From NCBI GenBank assembly GCA_023818895.1, contig JAMWCX010000001.1, positions 659,789-691,788 of the forward strand: DNA of 32,000 nt, in the 5' to 3' direction. The DNA comes from Candidatus Omnitrophota bacterium. GTDB taxonomy: Bacteria; Omnitrophota; Gorgyraeia; 2-01-FULL-45-10. Positions 26,652 to 32,000 of the stretch are shown one piece after another; position 1 is the first letter of the stretch, and the number at the start of each line of letters is the position of its first letter. Under the pieces are notes generated by a model. It saw only the letters and a program-made list of their open reading frames with translations, was not told the DNA's origin and ran no database searches. The position numbers and the translations under genes were made by a program.

Positions 26652-26981
26652 CTACAGCCCCTTTTCCGCCTGGAGCTTATCATAAGCGGCTTTGATGGCC
26701 ACCTTTTCGTCCAGTATTTTGTCGTATTCGCTTTTGAGCGCGGCCTTTTCATTCGTGACCGTCTCTAGCTTCATCGCAAGATCCATCTTTTCGGCAAGCA
26801 GGTTATCGTATTCCTTCTTAAGAGCCTCTTTTGCTTTCGTCAGAACGCTAACTTTTTCTTCCAGCATAATCTTTTCATTAAGAAGAGATTCGTACTTGTC
26901 CTTTGGCACGCCGCAGCCAATTATGGCAACCAAAGAAATGACTACGCAGATAAGCGCGATTGACTTTATATTTTTCTTCAT
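26652..26981 (-). CDS. coiled-coil lipoprotein with internal repeats
   Basis: 109 aa. Lipobox IIGC. The rest is helical with the motif Y[DE]xLLxEKxxL four times (YESLLNEKIML, YDNLLAEKMDL, YDKILDEKVAI, YDKLQAEKGL). Confidence 0.75.
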   Translation of the reverse strand: MKKNIKSIALICVVISLVAIIGCGVPKDKYESLLNEKIMLEEKVSVLTKAKEALKKEYDNLLAEKMDLAMKLETVTNEKAALKSEYDKILDEKVAIKAAYDKLQAEKGL

Positions 26982-27016
26982 CTAATTGCTACCCTCCCCA
27001 TATATTTTTAGGCCTT

Positions 27017-27475
27017 TTACTGTTTTATAAGATGTTTTTCAAGCGCTGCCCACGTCTTTGGCCCGACTTTCCCGTCAACTTTAAGACCGTTGGCCTGCTG
27101 GAAATCAAGGATCGCCTTTTTGGTCCTCGGGCCTATCTTGCCGTCTATGGCGCCGTTGTAGAATCCGGCATTCTTTAAAGCGGTTTGTATCTGCTTGTTC
27201 TTATCCAGCGCCGCCTGGCTGACTGCGGTAAGTGGCTTCTCGGCAATCTGGGGTGCGGCCGCGGTAGGCGGAATGGTCTCCGTCGCCACTGTCTGTGCCG
27301 GCTCTATGACGGTTGCGTCCGCTTTCAGAGCGGCTTCTGTCATGGGCGCCATCATTTCGGCGGTATCCATCATCGTATCTTCCGCCGGCTTCTCGGTCTT
27401 GGCCTTGCACCCGAGAACGGCTAGCGGCAGCACAAAAAGAAGCGCCAGAATTAGCCGTAAAAATCTCATTTGCAT
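27017..27475 (-). CDS. lipoprotein with C-terminal peptidoglycan-binding (PG_binding_1) domain
   Basis: 152 aa. Lipobox VLGC, low-complexity Ala/Thr/Pro linker, C-terminal IQTALKNAGFYNGAIDGKIGPRTKKAILDFQQANGLKVDGKVGPKTWAAL. Confidence 0.85.
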   Translation of the reverse strand: MQMRFLRLILALLFVLPLAVLGCKAKTEKPAEDTMMDTAEMMAPMTEAALKADATVIEPAQTVATETIPPTAAAPQIAEKPLTAVSQAALDKNKQIQTALKNAGFYNGAIDGKIGPRTKKAILDFQQANGLKVDGKVGPKTWAALEKHLIKQ

Positions 27476-27537
27476 CTTCTTCCTCCTTTCAAGAAACGTC
27501 TATATAATAAAAGTTTTCGATAATATTCGTAAACCCG

Positions 27538-27565
27538 ATTATACCGCCACCATTTTCTTTGTCAA
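27538..27565 (-). promoter_or_regulatory. consensus sigma70-type promoter for the two-lipoprotein operon
   Basis: Minus strand TTGACA (27565..27560), 16-nt spacer, TATAAT (27543..27538). AGGAGG Shine-Dalgarno before the ATG at 27475. Confidence 0.6.
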
Positions 27566-27593
27566 GCGCTATTCCTAACGATATAAAAGCCGC

Positions 27594-28436
27594 TTATCGT
27601 TTGGATGTTCCGAACCTTGTCACTAGCACCGCTCCGAAACCGGCGACCAGCAAGAAAAGCCGCACCAATGTCCCGACTACGGGGACGAAACCTATCAGAT
27701 ACAATATCACTATGCCTAGTATGGCGTTAAAAATAGGTATCGTCGCCTTCCTGGTAGACAAGAATATCCTATCGCCTATAAATATGGCGGCTGATACGCA
27801 TCCCATTATCATCGCGAGGGCCACGATAAGTATCTCAAGCGGTATCAGGAATATCCCCACGATGCTTATGGCGAGAAGTATGGCCACCGGCACTATGAGC
27901 ATCACTCCGAGAATTCCCCATGCGAGCATTCCCAAAAAGGACTTCTCCAGCGCCCCGACCACTGTATTCACGTGCTGTGGTATTATCGCTATGAGGATAA
28001 GAGCAAGGCCGGCAAGCCCTAAAAATATAAGCGCGCCGAGGGCCAACCAGATCGAGATCCATCCGCCATGCAAAATGCTGATAAGTGCCGGTATCAAGAC
28101 CGGCACATATATTTGGGTTATCCTTCCTGCCACAATCGCATATGGATCCTTAAAAACTTTACCGCCGACCGTGATGACATCGCCGCCTACATAAGAGCCG
28201 TCTTTCAGGAAAGCCGAGCCGCCGACCACAATGACGTTTTTCTCCACCCGACCAATGATAGTTGCATGGCCATCGATGACTATAACATCGTTGACAGTAA
28301 TGTCCTTGTCTATCTGCATGTCTTTCTTAAGCTTTATTACGTCGGGCGGTTCTTGGGCAAATGCTACAGATACTAAAAACAACAAGCTTGACACTACAAG
28401 GAATAGCGCCAGTCTTCTATTCATCATAACCTCCAA
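27594..28436 (-). CDS. membrane protein: signal peptide + beta-helix (bactofilin-like) repeat ectodomain + polytopic C-terminal domain
   Basis: 280 aa. Signal LFLVSVAFAQ/EPP. An ~80-aa repeat region VIVIDGHATIIGRVEKNVIVVGGSAFLKDGSYVGGDVITVGGKV, then about 5-6 hydrophobic helices. The domain call is by eye. Confidence 0.65.
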   Translation of the reverse strand: MEVMMNRRLALFLVVSSLLFLVSVAFAQEPPDVIKLKKDMQIDKDITVNDVIVIDGHATIIGRVEKNVIVVGGSAFLKDGSYVGGDVITVGGKVFKDPYAIVAGRITQIYVPVLIPALISILHGGWISIWLALGALIFLGLAGLALILIAIIPQHVNTVVGALEKSFLGMLAWGILGVMLIVPVAILLAISIVGIFLIPLEILIVALAMIMGCVSAAIFIGDRIFLSTRKATIPIFNAILGIVILYLIGFVPVVGTLVRLFLLVAGFGAVLVTRFGTSKR

Positions 28437-28522
28437 AAAGTAAGAACCTCTCTAAATTAAAATCCAAACCCTAAAAGTCAAAAAGATAAACAAAAATTTA
28501 GATTTTTTAATTTATCCTGTAA

Positions 28523-29677
28523 TCACCTCAACGACTTAACAAACCTTTCCATCCTCACAAACGCTTCTTTAAGCCTATCATAACTTGAGGCGTACGATAT
28601 CCTCAGATATCCTTCGCCGAGAGAGCCAAAGGCCGTCCCGGGGACAACGGCCACCTTTTCCTTCTTAAGAAGCTCCCTGGCAAAATCCATTGATGAAAGG
28701 CCTGTTTTCCTAATGGAAGGGAAAGCGTAGAATGCGCCCTCCGGCCTGTGGCAAGTTAGACCTATCTCATTAAGCCGCGACACAACGAACTCGCGTCTGC
28801 GCGCATATTCGCGCTTCATCTCCTGAACGCTTCTTTCGCCGCTCTTCAAAGCCTCCTGTGCTGCCATTTGGGAGATGATGGATGCGCAAAGCATTGTATA
28901 CTGGTGTATCTTAGTCATGCCGCTAATAAGGTTCGCAGGACCGCAGGCATAACCTATCCTCCAGCCGGTCATCGCGAAAGACTTAGAAAAGCCGTTCAAG
29001 TATATAGTCCTCTCCTTCATACCGGGCAGAGTAGCAAAAGGCGTATGATCGAAATCATATGTGAGATCGCAGTATATCTCGTCTGATATCATCACAAGAT
29101 CGTGTCTGACGATCTCAGCAGCTATGGCCCTAAGCTCCTTTTTCGAATAAGAAGCCCCTGTGGGGTTATTAGGATAATTTAAGATCATCAACTTAGGATT
29201 CTTATCACAGTATGCTGCTATGTCCTTCGGGGTAACCTTGAAACCATTATCGGGGCTGGTCCTCATATATATGGGCTTTCCGCCGCATAACATAGTAATG
29301 GGACCATACGAAACGTACGACGGTTCTGGTATTAGAACTCCATCACCCCTCTCTATCAAGGCGCGCAAGGAAAGATCGAAAGCCTCGCTTACTCCAACGG
29401 TGACAAGCACCTCCTCTTCCGGATCGTAGTCAAGTCCGTATCTTTGTTTAAGATATTTCGATATATCGCGCCGCAGCTCTATGAGCCCTTTATTTGAAGT
29501 GTAGGAGGTATGGCCTTCTTCGATGGCGTATATCGCCCTCTCTCGGATATTCCATGGCGTGATGAAGTCCGGCTCTCCCACCCCAAGAGAGATGACATCC
29601 TTCATGCCGAGGACAAGATCAAAAAAGACCCGTATCCCCGAAGGAGGCATTTGTTCGACTGTTTTTGATATTCTCAT
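28523..29677 (-). CDS. class I/II PLP-dependent aminotransferase (aspartate/aromatic aminotransferase-like)
   Basis: 384 aa. YPNNPTG and GFSKSFAMTGWRIGY (PLP-lysine) motifs. Confidence 0.92.
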   Translation of the reverse strand: MRISKTVEQMPPSGIRVFFDLVLGMKDVISLGVGEPDFITPWNIRERAIYAIEEGHTSYTSNKGLIELRRDISKYLKQRYGLDYDPEEEVLVTVGVSEAFDLSLRALIERGDGVLIPEPSYVSYGPITMLCGGKPIYMRTSPDNGFKVTPKDIAAYCDKNPKLMILNYPNNPTGASYSKKELRAIAAEIVRHDLVMISDEIYCDLTYDFDHTPFATLPGMKERTIYLNGFSKSFAMTGWRIGYACGPANLISGMTKIHQYTMLCASIISQMAAQEALKSGERSVQEMKREYARRREFVVSRLNEIGLTCHRPEGAFYAFPSIRKTGLSSMDFARELLKKEKVAVVPGTAFGSLGEGYLRISYASSYDRLKEAFVRMERFVKSLR

Positions 29678-29726
29678 TTTTCAATTCAAATGGCTAAACT
29701 TTATCTTTGGGCTTTGATTTTTAACT

Positions 29727-30212
29727 TTACAAAGATATCGCCGGTCTTTTCGATCTCTCCGGCTGCTTTAAAATATCGCCATCTTCCTTGTACTTCTTTA
29801 ATATGAAATGCGTCACTGTGCCACGAACGTTCTCCATAGCGGCCAGTTTTTCCGAAACAAAGCTTGACACGGTATGTATATCCTTGCCTTCGACCACGAC
29901 TAGCAAGTCATACGTGCCAGACATCAAATAACAACTTGTCACTTCTGGAAATTGATAGATGCGTTCGGCTAGATGGTCGAAGCCGACATTCTTCTGGGGA
30001 GTAAGTTTTACTTCTATCAAGGCGCGCACATCCCTGTGCTCGTCCTTGACCATCTCCTTGTTTATTATAGTTTTGTACTTCAGTATGACACCGTCTTTTT
30101 CGAGCTTGGCAATAGCCGCTCTCACCGCTTTCGGCGTCATCCTGAGCATCCTAGCTATCTCTTCGGGGGTAGTTCTGGCGTCCTTCTCAAGTATTTCAAG
30201 TATCTGGTTCAT
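29727..30212 (-). CDS. Lrp/AsnC-family transcriptional regulator
   Basis: 161 aa. N-terminal wHTH (LEKDARTTPEEIARML) and C-terminal RAM/AsnC domain (VTSCYLMSGTYDLLVVVE). Directly upstream of the aminotransferase. Confidence 0.9.
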   Translation of the reverse strand: MNQILEILEKDARTTPEEIARMLRMTPKAVRAAIAKLEKDGVILKYKTIINKEMVKDEHRDVRALIEVKLTPQKNVGFDHLAERIYQFPEVTSCYLMSGTYDLLVVVEGKDIHTVSSFVSEKLAAMENVRGTVTHFILKKYKEDGDILKQPERSKRPAISL

Positions 30213-30241
30213 CTATCGTCCTTTCTCCTTACTCCAGAGTA

Positions 30242-30318
30242 AAAACTAACGACCAATAACTAGAAGGGGCTCCCTTCATAGGAGGGCGCCCCTTCCAAAA
30301 CTAATAATTAATAACTAG
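30242..30318 (-). repeat. 22-nt imperfect direct repeats (30242..30263 and 30297..30318) exactly bracketing the GC-rich hairpin
   Basis: Plus strand aaaactaacgaccaataactag versus aaaactaataattaataactag (18/22 identical). The hairpin occupies 30263..30295 between them. Confidence 0.6.
30263..30295 (-). terminator. GC-rich hairpin, probable terminator after the upstream lipoprotein gene
   Basis: Minus strand GAAGGGGC...GCCCCTTC (8 bp) with inner CCCT/AGGG. The tail TAGTTATTGG is only moderately U-rich. Confidence 0.45.
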
Positions 30319-30321
30319 CAA

Positions 30322-30831
30322 TTATTTAATATCCGCCCCTTCATCCCTACCAGAAGACGCCCGCGCTGAATATAAATACTGGTTCAATGCTTCCCATGTT
30401 TTAGAGCCAACAACGCCATCTGCCTTGAGGCCGTGGGCTTTTTGGAAATCTCGTATAGCTTTACGGGTAGCCTTACCTTTTATGCCATCTATGCTTCCTG
30501 TGTAGAAACCGGCGTTCTTAAGAGCAATTTGTATATCTTTCATCTTCTGGCTTGAGCGTTCGTCTCTTGTCTTTATGCTGATGTTAGATCTGGACATCAC
30601 CGGTTCTTTAGAAGACCTTATCTCTTCGAGAGCCTGCGCCTGTTCGGCTGTCATGCGTTCAACCTCTGCCTGCTTTGTTTCGATACCCTCTACTCGCGAC
30701 TCCAAGGTATCCACTCTTGTCTTAATCCCGGTGACTTCCTCTTTCATTTTTTTAGGGGTGGTGCTGCATCCCGAAATCATCACAACTGTCAGCATCCCCA
30801 TCAAAACGTAAGGTGCGATCTTTCTTCCCAT
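30322..30831 (-). CDS. lipoprotein: Lpp-like coiled-coil segment + C-terminal peptidoglycan-binding (PG_binding_1) domain
   Basis: Start moved to ATG 30831 (GGAGGGAGAAGGAT immediately upstream); the track's 23-aa N-extension lacks an RBS. Lipobox ISGC. Heptad-like IKTRVDTLESRVEGIETKQAEVERM. C-terminal IQIALKNAGFYTGSIDGIKGKATRKAIRDFQKAHGLKADGVVGSKTWEAL, paralogous to 27017..27475. Confidence 0.85.
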   Translation of the reverse strand: MGRKIAPYVLMGMLTVVMISGCSTTPKKMKEEVTGIKTRVDTLESRVEGIETKQAEVERMTAEQAQALEEIRSSKEPVMSRSNISIKTRDERSSQKMKDIQIALKNAGFYTGSIDGIKGKATRKAIRDFQKAHGLKADGVVGSKTWEALNQYLYSARASSGRDEGADIK

Positions 30832-30871
30832 ATCCTTCTCCCTCCAACAATAATTTAATGATTTACTTAAA

Positions 30872-30900
30872 AGTATACGATAGTAAATTATAAAATGCAA
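30872..30900 (-). promoter_or_regulatory. sigma70-type promoter for the lipoprotein gene
   Basis: Minus strand TTGCAT (30900..30895), 17-nt spacer, TATACT (30877..30872). Confidence 0.5.
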
Positions 30901-30908
30901 ATGTAATT

Positions 30909-31685
30909 TTATTTAATGTGTTTTGCGGCTTCTTCGACCGACGCGCCATCGTGGACTATCGCCCTTATGGCCTTTATCATGCCTACTGCTTTTGGCGACT
31001 GCCATATATTCCGGCCCATATCTACGCCCTTGGCGCCTGCCTGCATCGCTTTGTACGCAAGTTCAAGAGCATCCATCTCCGTATCAAGTTTAGGGCCTCC
31101 GGCTATGACAAGCGGCACAGGGCACGATCTGACAACCTTCTCGAAATTGTCACAGAAATACGTCTTGACAACCTGCGCACCCAGTTCCGCGGCTATGCGG
31201 CAGCACAATCCCAGAAATCTTGAATCGCGCTTTTCAAGCTCTTTACCTACAGCCGTGACCGCGAGGACTGGCATGCCGTAGCGCTGCCCCTCATTCACAA
31301 GTTTTCCCAGGCAGGTGAGGGTCTGGTTTTCGTGTTCTGTCCCAACGTATATCGAAAACGCCACCGCGGCTGCGTTCAGGCGTATCGCCTCTTCCATGTC
31401 GGTATGTATGCTCTCATTGGAGAGCGCCGGCCCTATTATGGAATTGCCGCCGGACACTCTCAGGATAAATGGCATGTCGATACTGGCGTCTACGCAGTTG
31501 CGCAGGACTCCGCGCGTAAGCATCAGAGCGTCGGTGTATGGGATAAGTGGCGCTATAGTCTTAGTCGGCTCCTCCAACTTTGAGATAGGTCCAAGAAAAT
31601 ATCCGTGGTCTACCGCAAGCCAGACGGCGTTGCCGTCCTTGGGTTTCATCAGTCTTGAGAGTCTGTTCTTCATTCCCCAGTCCAT
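30909..31685 (-). CDS. DhnA/FbaB-type class I aldolase (fructose-bisphosphate aldolase / ADH synthase / LsrF family)
   Basis: 258 aa TIM-barrel-like. WLAVDHGYFLGP, Schiff-base lysine context QVVKTYF, GVDMGRNIWQ. AGGAGGGG Shine-Dalgarno. Exact specificity is not resolvable by eye. Confidence 0.82.
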   Translation of the reverse strand: MDWGMKNRLSRLMKPKDGNAVWLAVDHGYFLGPISKLEEPTKTIAPLIPYTDALMLTRGVLRNCVDASIDMPFILRVSGGNSIIGPALSNESIHTDMEEAIRLNAAAVAFSIYVGTEHENQTLTCLGKLVNEGQRYGMPVLAVTAVGKELEKRDSRFLGLCCRIAAELGAQVVKTYFCDNFEKVVRSCPVPLVIAGGPKLDTEMDALELAYKAMQAGAKGVDMGRNIWQSPKAVGMIKAIRAIVHDGASVEEAAKHIK

Positions 31686-31743
31686 GTTTTCCCCTCCTGA
31701 CTATACCTTAAAGAAGGCGAGAATCGTAACCAAAGACATTTGG

Positions 31744-32000
31744 TCATCTTCCTTTAAGCCTTGCCTTAAGGCCGTGCAGTTCTTCCATCAATTCCGTCGG
31801 GAAACGATCGCCGAACTTGCCGAAGAACTCTTCGGCGTCCTGGGCTTCCTTCTGCGATTCGTGAACGTCTATCGCGAATAATCTTTCCAGATGTTCCTTA
31901 GAAATCGAAAGGCCGCTCAAGTCCAGGTCTGAAAGATGCGGCAAAAATCCGATCGGAGTTTCCCTGACGCCCACACTGTTATTCACACGATCAATGATCC
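31744..32000 (-). CDS. pckG: phosphoenolpyruvate carboxykinase (GTP), C-terminal part; gene continues beyond the window
   Basis: The frame is open to the window edge (..IIDRVNNSVGVRETPIGFLPHLSDLDLSGL...FGDRFPTELMEELHGLKARL). This matches the conserved C-terminus of GTP-PEPCK. The start shown in the ORF track is an internal GTG. Confidence 0.8.
   Translation of the reverse strand, partial: IIDRVNNSVGVRETPIGFLPHLSDLDLSGLSISKEHLERLFAIDVHESQKEAQDAEEFFGKFGDRFPTELMEELHGLKARLKGR

Noticed and set aside
30832-30900. 23-aa N-terminal extension of the PG-binding lipoprotein as given in the ORF track (start at 30900)
   Set aside because: The extension overlaps the predicted promoter and lacks an RBS. 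The internal ATG at 30831 has a GGAGG-type Shine-Dalgarno and yields a canonical lipoprotein signal peptide.
1-32000. Search for CRISPR repeats, tRNA/rRNA, IS/transposase or integrase genes, toxin-antitoxin pairs, and defence or secretion islands
   Set aside because: No periodic repeat arrays, no cloverleaf-capable intergenic segments, no recombinase or nuclease-like ORFs. Every gap over 100 nt is accounted for by promoters, terminators or the two micro-ORFs. The uniform strand and compact spacing argue for core chromosome rather than an accessory island.

Overview
All supportable genes in this 32-kb window are on the minus strand, tightly packed, with moderate GC. I found no rRNA, tRNA, CRISPR array, IS element, integrase or recognisable defence or secretion island, so it reads as core chromosome. 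Blocks in transcription order (high to low coordinates): (1) 3' end of GTP-type PEP carboxykinase plus a DhnA-type class I aldolase. (2) An envelope block: two paralogous lipoproteins with C-terminal peptidoglycan-binding domains, an Lrp/AsnC regulator with a class I aminotransferase, a membrane protein with a beta-helix-like ectodomain, a coiled-coil lipoprotein and a GT2 glycosyltransferase. (3) A storage-glucan operon: secreted protein, unannotated 57-aa Cys-rich ORF, DUF4912, GH57 branching enzyme and a second GH57 enzyme, followed by a DUF2934 mini-protein. (4) marC, a LysE-superfamily metal-transporter-like gene, exbB and exbD. (5) A long cation-homeostasis array: two half-size trkA genes, an unannotated 47-aa membrane ORF, trkH, a membrane-anchored OB-fold-like protein, mgtE, a CBS-pair protein, an ArsB/NhaD-type permease, DUF502 and a DUF21-CBS (CNNM/CorC-like) protein. 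(6) The start of the dcw cluster (mraZ-rsmH-ftsL-ftsI-murE-murF-mraY-murD and the first codons of the next gene), with a near-consensus promoter and a triple 10-bp direct repeat of MraZ-operator type. I see no clear novel multi-gene system. The most interesting items are the two micro-ORFs missed by the ORF track, the accessory genes translationally coupled to trkH, the orphan exbBD next to a metal-transporter-like gene, and the lipoprotein and beta-helix envelope genes. All family calls come from motif recognition by eye; no database search was run.
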